Positions 19,795 through 30,252 of a stretch of 64,000 nt of DNA are shown in pieces. The notes beneath the pieces are model-generated. The model did not search any database and was not told the DNA's origin. It saw only the letters and a program-made list of their open reading frames with translations. The position numbers and the translations under genes are program-made. Numbering within the stretch: position 1 is the stretch's first letter; the number at the start of each line of letters is the position of its first letter. Source of the stretch: an uncultured Verrucomicrobiae bacterium (GTDB taxonomy: Bacteria > Verrucomicrobiota > Verrucomicrobiia > Chthoniobacterales > UBA10450); NCBI GenBank assembly GCA_963819975.1, contig CAWFYE010000002.1, forward strand, positions 52,844 through 116,843, read 5' to 3'.

Positions 19795-20931
19795 GTGCGT
19801 GTCTTTGTTCCCAAAGAAATCGAAAGCGGAGAAACCCGAGTCGCTCTCGTCCCGGAGGCCGTGAAGCGGCTGGTCGGGCTTGGTCTCGAGATCGCGGTCG
19901 AGGCGGGTTTGGGCGTTGCCGTTTCGATTTCCGACGAAGCTTACCGGGCGGCCGGTGCGGAGGTCACCGCTGATCGTCAGGGGACGCTTGGTTCTGCCGA
20001 TGTCGTTCTGCGAGTACGCAAGCCGCCGGGCAGCGAAGTCAGCAGTCTGAAGCCCGGTAGCATTCACATCAGCCTGCTCGATGCCTTTAACGAGCGCGAC
20101 TTGGTGCGCGCTTTGGCGACTGCGAGCGTGACGTCGATCGGTCTCGAGATGCTGCCGCGGATCACGATTGCGCAGAAAATGGACGTCCTCAGTTCGCAGG
20201 CCAGCCTGGCGGGTTATGCCGCGGTCATTGCGGCCGCCGGCACGATCGATCGCATTTTTCCGATGATGATGACGCCAGCCGGGACGCTCAAGCCGCAGCG
20301 TGTTTTTGTGATCGGCGTCGGCGTGGCCGGCCTGCAGGCGATCGCGACCGCCAAACGGCTTGGCGCGCGGGTTGAGGCCTTTGACACCCGACCGGCGGTC
20401 GAGGAACAGGTCCAGTCGTTGGGCGCAAAATTCGTCAAAGTCGACCTCGGCGAAACCGGGCAGACCGCGCAAGGTTACGCCCGGGAACTTACGCCCGAGC
20501 AATTGGAGAAGCAGCGCGAAGTGATGGCGCAGCATTGCGCCAAGGCCGACGTCGTGATCACCACTGCGCAGGTCTTCGGCCGAAAAGCACCGTTGATCGT
20601 GACCAACGCGATAGTCGACCAGATGCAGCCCGGGAGCGTGATCGTGGACATGGCGGTGGAAAGCGGCGGGAACGTCGAATGTTCGCAGCCGGACGAGACG
20701 GTGGAGCGAAACGGGGTCCGCGTGCTTGGGCTGCGCAACCTTCCCGGGCGCGTCGCGCGGCACGCGAGCGAGATGTATTCAAACAACCTCGCCAACCTGC
20801 TCGAACATTTCTGGGCCAAGGAAAGCAAGACCTTCCGGATCGACCTGACGAATGAAATTTTGAAACACTGTGTCCTGACCCACGGCGGGAAGATCGTGAA
20901 CGAGACGATCGAGAAACTCTACTCCGCCTAA
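19795..20931 (+). CDS. pntAA: NAD(P) transhydrogenase subunit alpha, part 1
   Basis: RVFVPKEIESGETRVALVPE... and VIGVGVAGLQAIATAKRLGA Rossmann motif. GTG start. Confidence 0.9.
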   Translation: MRVFVPKEIESGETRVALVPEAVKRLVGLGLEIAVEAGLGVAVSISDEAYRAAGAEVTADRQGTLGSADVVLRVRKPPGSEVSSLKPGSIHISLLDAFNERDLVRALATASVTSIGLEMLPRITIAQKMDVLSSQASLAGYAAVIAAAGTIDRIFPMMMTPAGTLKPQRVFVIGVGVAGLQAIATAKRLGARVEAFDTRPAVEEQVQSLGAKFVKVDLGETGQTAQGYARELTPEQLEKQREVMAQHCAKADVVITTAQVFGRKAPLIVTNAIVDQMQPGSVIVDMAVESGGNVECSQPDETVERNGVRVLGLRNLPGRVARHASEMYSNNLANLLEHFWAKESKTFRIDLTNEILKHCVLTHGGKIVNETIEKLYSA

Positions 20932-20950
20932 CGACGATAACTCAGCTTCT

Positions 20951-21226
20951 ATGATTCTCCTGCTCTTTATTTTTGTGCTCGCGGCCTTTCTCGGTTTCGA
21001 GCTGATTGCGAAAGTCCCCTCGCAACTCCACACCCCGCTTATGTCCGGCTCCAATGCCATCTCCGGGATCACCATCGTCGGCGCTCTTATCGCGGCCGGG
21101 ACGGAGGGCGGTTTTGTCGCCACCACCCTGGGCGTGCTGGCGGTCATCTTTGCCACCGTCAACGTGGTCGGCGGCTATCTCGTGACCGATCGAATGCTCG
21201 CCATGTTCAAGTCGAAGAAGAAATAA
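20951..21226 (+). CDS. pntAB: NAD(P) transhydrogenase subunit alpha, part 2 (membrane)
   Basis: 91-aa hydrophobic protein HTPLMSGSNAISGITIVGA, in the conserved pntAA-AB-B order. Confidence 0.85.
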   Translation: MILLLFIFVLAAFLGFELIAKVPSQLHTPLMSGSNAISGITIVGALIAAGTEGGFVATTLGVLAVIFATVNVVGGYLVTDRMLAMFKSKKK

Positions 21227-21227
21227 G

Positions 21228-22595
<1,368 letters not shown>

Positions 22596-22696
22596 CCGGC
22601 CTTGACGCCTGATCTGGAAAGGTCGGCCATCTCAGCGCGGCGGCGCAGGAGCAGCAGCCCAAGTGCACCGAGACCCAGCCGGGCGAGCGACGCCAG

Positions 22697-23146
22697 CTAA
22701 CGCAGCACCCCGTTGCGGGCGAGGTTGCGGGCATAGATCAGCAGCGCCACTGCGACGACGAAGATCAACCCCGTAAAGACGAGCGCTCCCGCTCCGCCCA
22801 TGACCGCGAGCCCGTTGCTGAGCACGAAGTTGTGGAACGAGGTCAGCAGCATCGTCACCAGCGAAAGGCCGAAGACCGGCACCGCCCAGCGTTTGCGCAA
22901 AAGGAGCAGCATCGAACCGAGAACGCCTCCCCACACGCTCAGCGCCCAGGTGCTGACCACCCATTTCGGCAAGCTGTAGAAAAAGGCCAATTGCTCGGGA
23001 GTGAACGATCCCATGTGCGAGGCATTGCGGGTCTCGGTCATGAGATAGTCGAATGCGCCGACGCTGTTCCAAAGCAAGGCGAGCACTCCGATCAACCAGA
23101 GATGCCATGGAGTGGAAATGCTCGATGCGGGATTCGGATTATTCAT
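22697..23146 (-). CDS. hypothetical 4-TM membrane protein
   Basis: 149-aa hydrophobic ORF. No motif recognised. Confidence 0.45.
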   Translation of the reverse strand: MNNPNPASSISTPWHLWLIGVLALLWNSVGAFDYLMTETRNASHMGSFTPEQLAFFYSLPKWVVSTWALSVWGGVLGSMLLLLRKRWAVPVFGLSLVTMLLTSFHNFVLSNGLAVMGGAGALVFTGLIFVVAVALLIYARNLARNGVLR

Positions 23147-23575
23147 TGGGCCTCCCGGGAGAAGGGTATGAGGTTAGGAAACGGTGGGCATTGATTGGCA
23201 TGTGTGTTGGCGGAAGTAATGGAGCCAGCATAAAAGGGGGCTGAGGAAAAAAGCAATGCCAGACTAATGCGGCGAGATCATCTGCGCTCCTGAGGATCTT
23301 TTTTCTCGATCATGGGGTCGGCGCGGGCGGAGCCCCGGAGTTATTCCAGGTGCCAAGACCGTCGAGCAAAGTGATATTGGTCGAGCCGAGGTCGAGTTGC
23401 ATCGTGACAGTCGTATTGGCGGGCCATTACCGTTCCCGTGATTGCAAATCCCCCTCTTGTTTCCAGCCATGAGAAGAGAAGCGTGACGACCGCCAGGACG
23501 GAAAAGAATGGAGAGCTCTTCAAGGCGGAGCCGAAGCTGGTGGAGTCCGGGGGGGAAACAAGACTAATCCAACTT

Positions 23576-24139
23576 CTAGTAAACGCCGGGGATCAATCTC
23601 CGGGTCTGGGAGGCGTAGAGATCGTAAGTCTTCCCAAAAGCACCGCGCAGGGCGGTTTCCTCGACATGCATTCGCCAAAGGAAGGCGGCGGCGATAGGCA
23701 GGAAGATGGCGGCGAGGGAGAAGTAGTTAAGGGTGCAAAGCCCGAAGCCGAGGAAGATGAGGAGGGTGCCGGTATAGGAAGGGTGGCGGACGTAGCGGTA
23801 GGGACCGGTCGTGATGAGTTGGTGGTCATCGGCAATCGCGACGTTGACGGTGAAGAAGCGGCCGAGGTGGATGATGGCGACCCAGCGTACGACGAGGCCG
23901 AGGAGGAAAAGAGCCAGGCCGACCAGGTAACAGGTGCGGCGATGACTGAAGGCCGCTTCCGGGAAGAGACCGCGCAGATAGAGGCCGGCGGTAATACTCA
24001 AGGCAATCACTGCCCAGAGCAGCGGGAGGGTAAGGCGATCTTTGCCGGAGGTGTGAGACTTGGAGCGCTTGGCTACAGCCAGGGCGACCTCGGAAGCGAG
24101 GAGAATCGCGCTCAGGGTAGTGAAGCTCGGTAGTTTCAT
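23576..24139 (-). CDS. isoprenylcysteine carboxyl methyltransferase (ICMT/PEMT) family protein
   Basis: LITTGPYRYVRHPSYTGTLLIFLGFGL signature in a multi-TM protein. Confidence 0.75.
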   Translation of the reverse strand: MKLPSFTTLSAILLASEVALAVAKRSKSHTSGKDRLTLPLLWAVIALSITAGLYLRGLFPEAAFSHRRTCYLVGLALFLLGLVVRWVAIIHLGRFFTVNVAIADDHQLITTGPYRYVRHPSYTGTLLIFLGFGLCTLNYFSLAAIFLPIAAAFLWRMHVEETALRGAFGKTYDLYASQTRRLIPGVY

Positions 24140-24180
24140 CGGGCGCGGCCGGGGTCAACGACCCCAGCGACAACAAGGCA

Positions 24181-25599
24181 TCACGCTGAGACCGTTGGCG
24201 GCGCTTGCGAGGGGCGCTTCGAACGGAGAGCGTGCCGGACGAAATTGTTCCCGATCTCCCACATTGGACCCGGGAATTTCCGGCACTCGGTGAGGGTCGC
24301 GTCGAGCGCATTGACGAACATGTCGACTTCCTTTTCGCCGATCATGAGCGGCGGGAGAATCTTGATCACGTCCATGGCGTGGCCGGCGACCTGGGTAAGG
24401 ATGCGATGCTGCGCCAGCATTTGGGTCACGACCATTTGCGCGAAGAGCACCTTGTCGACTTTGTGCAGGAGTTTCCAGGCCATCTTGAGCTTAAATTCGT
24501 TAGGCTCGTGGAACTCGATCGCGATCATGAGTCCCTTGCCACGTACTTCCTTGATGAAAGAATGCCTGGCCCGAAGAGCATCAAGTTTTTCAACCAGGAG
24601 CGCTCCCATTGTTGCGGAGTTTTCGAGCAGCTTTTCGTCATCCAACACTTCGAGGGCGGCGAGGCCGCATGCCATGGCGAGGTTATTTCGACCGAAGGTG
24701 GTCGAGTGAACGACGCAGCGGTCCATCCGGCTGAAGGTCTTCTGGTAAATCTCGCGCCGGGCGACAATCGCGCCGCATGGGACATAACCGCCGCTTAAGG
24801 TCTTGGCCAGGGTGATGATGTCCGGCTCCAGGTTCCAATGTTCGAACCCAAACATCTTCCCTGTCCGGCCGAGGCCGGTTTGAATTTCGTCGGCGATAAA
24901 GAGGGTGCCGTGCTTCCGGCAAAGCTCCTGCGCGCGATTGAAGAAGTCGCCGCGCGGATAATTCACGCCTTTGCCCTGGACCGGCTCGATGACGAAGGCC
25001 GCGACATCTCGTTTGGCCAGCTCGCGTTCGAGCGTGGCCGCGTCATCCAGAGGAATGCGGCCGTCGAAGCCCTGCATGAGTGGACCGAAACCTTCGGTAA
25101 AACTTTCGCAGCCCATGAGCGAGAGCGAACCCATGCTCAAGCCATGAAAAGCTCCTCCTAACGAAAAGACGCGTGGTCGCTGAGTCGCGGCGCGGGCAAA
25201 CTTGAGTGCGCCTTCGATTGCTTCGGTCCCGGAGTTACAGAAGAAGACCGCGTCGAGGTGTTTCGGTGTGCGCTTCGTAATCGCTTCGGCGAGTAGTCCG
25301 CTGAGGAGCGAGCAATCCATCTGCACCATGTTTGGCAGATCGAGATCGAGCACGTCGCGGATCGCTTTCTGAATCGCAGGATGGTTGCGCCCGATATTGA
25401 AAACGCTGTAGCCGCTCAGAAAGTCGAGGTAGGCGGCGTTATCCATGTCGTAGAGATAAGCGCCTTCGGCCCGGGCATAGACCTTGTCGAAGCCGATGAC
25501 GCGCTGGGCGGCGACGAGGGTGCGATTGAGATGCCGTTCATGCAGGTCGTAATTCTCGCCGAGGCGCGCCGCGACCAGTTCCTTGAGATCGATTGCCAC
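24181..25599 (-). CDS. class III (acetylornithine/GABA-type) aminotransferase
   Basis: FLSGYSVFNIGRNHP, NSGTEAIEGALKFAR and ADEIQTGLGRTGKMF motifs. GTG start. Confidence 0.85.
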   Translation of the reverse strand: MAIDLKELVAARLGENYDLHERHLNRTLVAAQRVIGFDKVYARAEGAYLYDMDNAAYLDFLSGYSVFNIGRNHPAIQKAIRDVLDLDLPNMVQMDCSLLSGLLAEAITKRTPKHLDAVFFCNSGTEAIEGALKFARAATQRPRVFSLGGAFHGLSMGSLSLMGCESFTEGFGPLMQGFDGRIPLDDAATLERELAKRDVAAFVIEPVQGKGVNYPRGDFFNRAQELCRKHGTLFIADEIQTGLGRTGKMFGFEHWNLEPDIITLAKTLSGGYVPCGAIVARREIYQKTFSRMDRCVVHSTTFGRNNLAMACGLAALEVLDDEKLLENSATMGALLVEKLDALRARHSFIKEVRGKGLMIAIEFHEPNEFKLKMAWKLLHKVDKVLFAQMVVTQMLAQHRILTQVAGHAMDVIKILPPLMIGEKEVDMFVNALDATLTECRKFPGPMWEIGNNFVRHALRSKRPSQAPPTVSA

Positions 25600-25652
25600 G
25601 GGAGAATGGTCCCCGATTTACCGGGGAAACGCAACCACGCGGGAGAGGCGAT

Positions 25653-28600
25653 CTATGGCAGCAGATTATAGCTTTCGACCAGGCCGACGCCGGTCGCGCC
25701 ACCGACTCCACTCACGATCGCGGTGTAGGCCCCCGGCGGAAGAGTGCCAAGGAGAGCGGATTCCTTTGCATTGGTGGGCGCGAGACCGTCATCGCTGATG
25801 GTCTGATGATCGGGACCGTCCATCCAGTCGTCGTTCGCAGAGATGAGCGCGCCGCTGCTATCGTGTAATTCGAGGGTGGGATTTTGGAGCGCGTTCGTGA
25901 CGCCGAAGGGAGTCAGGGATGGGCCGATCGCTCGCACGACCACGGTGGACGCACCACCACCGCCGCCTCCCACGATAAAGCCGCCGATCATGACGTTGTC
26001 GCCAGTAGCTACGAACCCGCGAGTGCTGATGTTGCCGAAAGTGGACGCGGCCGCCTGATCGAGATCATAAGCTTCGACCAACCCGACCCCCGTGCCGCCG
26101 TTTTTCCCACTCAGAATCGCAGTGTAAGATCCGGGGTCGAGTGTGGCGAGGATGGCAGACTCCAAGTCCTCGGTCGGCGCGAGACCGGTCGCGGCGATGG
26201 CGGTTTGCTGCGTCGCTTTCCAGTCATCGTTAGTCACGATTGTGCCGTCCGGTTTGTGTAGTTCCAGGACCGGGTTAGCCAGAGCGCCGTCGATACCAAA
26301 CGCAGTTAGAGACGGCCCGATCCCACGGATCAGCACTTCTTTGGGGTCGGTCCCGCTGACGATAAATCCGCCGATGAGAACGTTGTCGCCAGTTTGCACA
26401 TTGAGGCGTGTGGAGATGTTGAGCAGGTTCGACGGCGGTGCGGGAATAACGCCGAAAACTGGATCGACCGAGATGACGAGATCGGCTTGCCCGGAACCGG
26501 CGGCGTTATTGGCGTTGATCTGCGCGACGAATGCGCCAGAGGCGGTAGGCGTGCCGGAGATGAGGCCGTTGGCATTGTTGACTTTGAGACCGGCCGGCAA
26601 ATTCGTCGCGCCGAAGCTGGTTGGGTTATTGGTCGCGGTGATCTGGTAGCTGAAGGGCACGTTCGGAGCCGCCCCAACGGAAGTCGCGCTGCTGATGACC
26701 GGCGCCCCTGCGATCACGCTCGTGACAGTCACGGTGGTGCCCGTCGCATCGCTCGTGACAGAGATTCCCGCCTGGCTCGGTTGCGAAATGACGTTGAAGG
26801 ACCCGCTGGTCGAGGCTGCTTTTACGATTTGGAATTTCTGGCCAACGGCCGGCGTGAAGCCTTTCACGAGACGCACCTTCAAAGTTCCGCCTAACGTCGC
26901 CGCGCCGGTGGCATCGATCTGGTCAAAGTCTGTGCCAGCAGTCGTGCCGCCGATCTCGGCCGAGTAGGTGCTCCCTGCGAGTTGTTGATAATCTCCGGTG
27001 ATATTAAAAACGCCGGGCGAATTTCCCGGGAAGATCTGCCCGCCCGCCGCGACAATGACCTGCCCCTGCACCCGACCGTAGCCGGAAAGAACTCCGCCGG
27101 TGCTAACACGCAGGGTGCCGCCCGCTCCGAAGTCACCGGTGCCGACCGCCATCATGCTGTCGCCGTCGATCGTCGCGGTGCCGGATTGGAAGATCGTCAT
27201 CTGATAATTGACGCGCATGGTGCTGCCGCCCGTGACCGCAAGCGTGGAAGGCGGATTAGAGGCGGACAGGCTCCCGAGGTAGATATTGCCCGTATTCGTC
27301 CAGGTCGAACCGTCGACCGTGATCGTGGCTTGACCGCCACTGGCGTACGGCGCGCTGAAGCCAAAAATGTTCATGGTGGCGTTAAGATTTGCATCGAAGA
27401 TGCCGTGACCCCCTTTGCCGATGAGGATCGGCTCGGCGTCGGTGAAACTTCCCGAGGCCGTGACGGTCATCGTGCCCACGCCGCCGGTCTGACCGCCCAG
27501 AACAAGATTCACTTCATTGGCGGAGGGCAGGGTCAGTTGCGAGTTGGAATCGAGCTCGATGCTACCGGTGCCCGCGTCACCTACGAGCAACGGGCCGGCA
27601 AGGGTCAGGCTGGAGCTGGGTCCGAGCACGACCGTGCCGGTACCGCCTTTTTTGGAGCCAACGGTGAGTCCGGCAGAATTCGTTAGGCTGAGGGCGCCGC
27701 CGTCTGAGGTCAGGTAACCGATGCCCGAGACTCCTACGGTGGTTGGCCCTTCCACCATGAGGCTGCCATTGCCGGAAACACTGCCGCCGGAACCGGCATT
27801 GTTGCCGATGAGAAAGGTCGTGTTCGCGCCGGTGACCGAGAACGCGCTCGAGCCGTTAAAGGTGAAATTACCGCTGCCCGAGTCGCCCACTATCATCGTG
27901 GTATTGCCGGCAAGGAAGTCGGAGTCAGTCAGATTCACGCTTCCAATGCTGCCCGCGTCTTCCCCGATCGTGACGGGCGCGGCGGTGGCATCGACCGAAG
28001 CAGTGTCGCAGGTGAGGGTGCCGTGCGAACCAGAGGAGAGACCGACAGCGAAAGCGGTTCCGCTATCGAAGGTAAGATGAGTGCCCGATTGCAGGGTGAA
28101 GTTCCCGGTGCCGCTTTGCCCAATCGTCATGCCGCCAGACTGCACCTCCCAGATCGTTCCCAGGTCGGACATATTCACGGAGCCCATGGAGCCGGAGGCC
28201 GCACCGATCGTGATGTTTCCGCTCTTCACGGCTGCTTTCCCGCTCATCACCAGGTTGAAGCCGGCGCTGCTTTTATTACCCACGAACATCGGCTGGGAGG
28301 TGCTGATCAAAGTGCCGGTGCCATCCCAGTAGCCGTTGCCACTTATTGGAAAGCCATCAAACGAGGTGCCACCGTCGAGCACCAGGGAGCCATTGACCGT
28401 CAGCATGGCCCCGGCGGTGAGATTGACGGAGCCCGCTGCGACGGGAAAATCCTGATCTACTGTGAGTGTGGAGTTGGCACCATCGACCGACACTTGCCCG
28501 CGGACCTGCGGGAGATCGCCTTGGACCGTGACACTGCCGCCCGCGGTAATCCTGATGTCGGTATCGCTCGCTGTGTTTTGCGCCAGATCTTTTCCGACCG

Positions 28601-29402
28601 TCAGAGACGCACCGCTCCCCATGACGAAAAGCGGCGCTCCCGCGACTTGCGAGAGAATACCATTGACCACCGCGACCCCGCCGTTGCTGACGGTCATGGA
28701 TTGTGTATTTAGCGAAAAGTCACCCGCAACCGTGAGAAGCGAGCCGGCGCCATCGATCGTCGCCTGGCTGTTGGTGATCGCGGAAACCGTGGCCGTGCTG
28801 CCGCTCATGAGTTGCAAAGTGAAATCCGTCAGGCCGGCGTTAGCCGTGAGCTTGCTCGCATCAGCAAAGATGGCACGGCCTGGTCCGCCCAGACCGGTGA
28901 TCGTGAGCGAGCTCTTGCCACTGTAAAAGCCGCAGCCGTTCGTTCCGGAACAAGTGGCGTCCGTCACCGTCCCGCCCGAGGTGACATTGGTAACGCCGTC
29001 GCCATTCTGCGCCACGACATGAGTGCCGTCGACAGAGAGAATTGGACCATAGCCGTTGGCGTCGGTCACGATCGCCTGAAGATTCAGCGTCCCGCTGCCG
29101 GATAAGTAAAGCTCGCCGACGTCGACGACGGTTAACATTCCGCTCAGAGTAAAGCTGTCACCGCTAAGGAGGTGGACGCTCCCGCTGCTCGCCGTAATTA
29201 CCGACCCGTAGAAATAAGCGTCGTCACTGGGTCCGGGATTTCCCCCGGGCACGCCGGTGGTCTGATTAAACCACATGCCATCGGTCAAGGTACCGTTCTT
29301 TCCGCTGTGGTCGTAGACATCAGCGTAGGCCACGTTCGCGAAGACGGCGAAGACTGTGGCCGCCAGCGTTAGGCGCGAGACCCGGCAGGAACTTAATTTC
29401 AT
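25653..29402 (-). CDS. large secreted beta-strand-repeat protein (autotransporter-associated-repeat-like) with two tandem C-terminal domains of about 125 aa
   Basis: Signal peptide, about 900 aa of G/S/T-rich short beta repeats, three short repeats, then a duplicated NISTR..TGDNV.IGGFIV...GPSL..FG...L.NP.LEL...NDDW...ES...L.PG.YTAI.SG..GGTGVGLVE.Y module. Confidence 0.75.
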   Translation of the reverse strand: MKLSSCRVSRLTLAATVFAVFANVAYADVYDHSGKNGTLTDGMWFNQTTGVPGGNPGPSDDAYFYGSVITASSGSVHLLSGDSFTLSGMLTVVDVGELYLSGSGTLNLQAIVTDANGYGPILSVDGTHVVAQNGDGVTNVTSGGTVTDATCSGTNGCGFYSGKSSLTITGLGGPGRAIFADASKLTANAGLTDFTLQLMSGSTATVSAITNSQATIDGAGSLLTVAGDFSLNTQSMTVSNGGVAVVNGILSQVAGAPLFVMGSGASLTVGKDLAQNTASDTDIRITAGGSVTVQGDLPQVRGQVSVDGANSTLTVDQDFPVAAGSVNLTAGAMLTVNGSLVLDGGTSFDGFPISGNGYWDGTGTLISTSQPMFVGNKSSAGFNLVMSGKAAVKSGNITIGAASGSMGSVNMSDLGTIWEVQSGGMTIGQSGTGNFTLQSGTHLTFDSGTAFAVGLSSGSHGTLTCDTASVDATAAPVTIGEDAGSIGSVNLTDSDFLAGNTTMIVGDSGSGNFTFNGSSAFSVTGANTTFLIGNNAGSGGSVSGNGSLMVEGPTTVGVSGIGYLTSDGGALSLTNSAGLTVGSKKGGTGTVVLGPSSSLTLAGPLLVGDAGTGSIELDSNSQLTLPSANEVNLVLGGQTGGVGTMTVTASGSFTDAEPILIGKGGHGIFDANLNATMNIFGFSAPYASGGQATITVDGSTWTNTGNIYLGSLSASNPPSTLAVTGGSTMRVNYQMTIFQSGTATIDGDSMMAVGTGDFGAGGTLRVSTGGVLSGYGRVQGQVIVAAGGQIFPGNSPGVFNITGDYQQLAGSTYSAEIGGTTAGTDFDQIDATGAATLGGTLKVRLVKGFTPAVGQKFQIVKAASTSGSFNVISQPSQAGISVTSDATGTTVTVTSVIAGAPVISSATSVGAAPNVPFSYQITATNNPTSFGATNLPAGLKVNNANGLISGTPTASGAFVAQINANNAAGSGQADLVISVDPVFGVIPAPPSNLLNISTRLNVQTGDNVLIGGFIVSGTDPKEVLIRGIGPSLTAFGIDGALANPVLELHKPDGTIVTNDDWKATQQTAIAATGLAPTEDLESAILATLDPGSYTAILSGKNGGTGVGLVEAYDLDQAAASTFGNISTRGFVATGDNVMIGGFIVGGGGGGASTVVVRAIGPSLTPFGVTNALQNPTLELHDSSGALISANDDWMDGPDHQTISDDGLAPTNAKESALLGTLPPGAYTAIVSGVGGATGVGLVESYNLLP

Positions 29403-29604
29403 ATTCGTTAGGCCTGAGTTTTTGGTCGGGGACGATTCAAGTCGGGAGCGCGTGATTTTTGAGGAAACAAAAGCGTGCCATCGTGCGAATTATCGTCAGA
29501 GAAGGCAAGGAGAAATCGCTCGCGCGCCCTTCCATCCTGCCGGATCGACGCATGCGGGAGGGGCCTGCGAGTTAACCGGGTGAAGCGCAACAGCGCGGGC
29601 GGGC

Positions 29605-30111
29605 TTACGGCCTCCAGTCGCGATGAGCGATAAAGGCCCCGGTCCGCAGGTTGGTCCGGCTGGCGGTGTGCCGATCCAGTTGTTCCGCCAGCCATTGAAA
29701 CCATTCCCAACTTTTCTGGGTTCCCGTGCGCTCGCGTTCTTCTTCGACGAAGGGGCGAAACTTGCGCCAGGCGACGCGCGCCATTCCACCGACTAAATCG
29801 TCAGCGACCGAAAGCGGCACGATCCGCGCGAAAACGGAATATCCGATGCCTTCCATAATGGTGGCGATCTTGAGCGTTGCTTCGAGCGTGCGCGGGTCGT
29901 TAGCCAGTTGCTCGGGTGTTATGCCATCGGGGATCGACGCCACAATCATCGACGAGCTCATCCACTCCGGGGTCATCAGCGCCTGGACGGCAGCAAAAGC
30001 GGCGCGCTCCTCCCGCTCGCGCCGGGCCCGGCGCATCTCGATCAGGCCGAAGGCGACACCGGTCAGGACGGTGAGGGCGGTGGCTACATTGGCAATCGTG
30101 GAGAGATCCAT
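29605..30111 (-). CDS. hypothetical membrane-anchored protein
   Basis: The ATG at 30111 (MDLSTIANVATALTVLTGVAFGLIE) is preferred. The longer ORF start at 30141 lies inside the heptamer repeat array. Confidence 0.45.
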   Translation of the reverse strand: MDLSTIANVATALTVLTGVAFGLIEMRRARREREERAAFAAVQALMTPEWMSSSMIVASIPDGITPEQLANDPRTLEATLKIATIMEGIGYSVFARIVPLSVADDLVGGMARVAWRKFRPFVEEERERTGTQKSWEWFQWLAEQLDRHTASRTNLRTGAFIAHRDWRP

Positions 30112-30125
30112 TTTGATCAAAGGCA

Positions 30126-30233
30126 AACGTTCAACGCTCAACGTTCAACGTCCAACGTCCAACGTCGGGATGCGAGCGCGCAGTCGTTCTTCTTCATTCA
30201 ATGTTGGACGTTGAACGTTGAACGTTGAACGTT
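30126..30233. repeat. inverted arrays of 7-bp repeats (AACGTTC-like x6 / GAACGTT-like x4-5) forming a long hairpin
   Basis: 30126-30167 reads aacgttc aacgctc aacgttc aacgtcc aacgtcc aacgtcg. 30199-30233 reads caatgtt ggacgtt gaacgtt gaacgtt gaacgtt. A 31-nt spacer separates the arrays. Confidence 0.8.
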
Positions 30234-30252
30234 CTCTTCCTTCCATCGCGTT

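Noticed and set aside
23147-23575. Gene-free gap examined for tmRNA, RNase P RNA or a riboswitch.
   Set aside because: No GGGGCUGAUUC-type tmRNA 5' end, no GAGGAAAGUCCGGGC RNase P core and no recognisable riboswitch core were seen.
30123-30233. Heptamer arrays as a CRISPR array, or GGCAAACGTTC as an E. coli-type PurR box upstream of purL.
   Set aside because: Units are 7 bp with no spacers, so this is not a CRISPR. The PurR-box resemblance covers only one half-site (GCAAACGTT) without the symmetric partner, and LacI-type PurR is not expected in this lineage.
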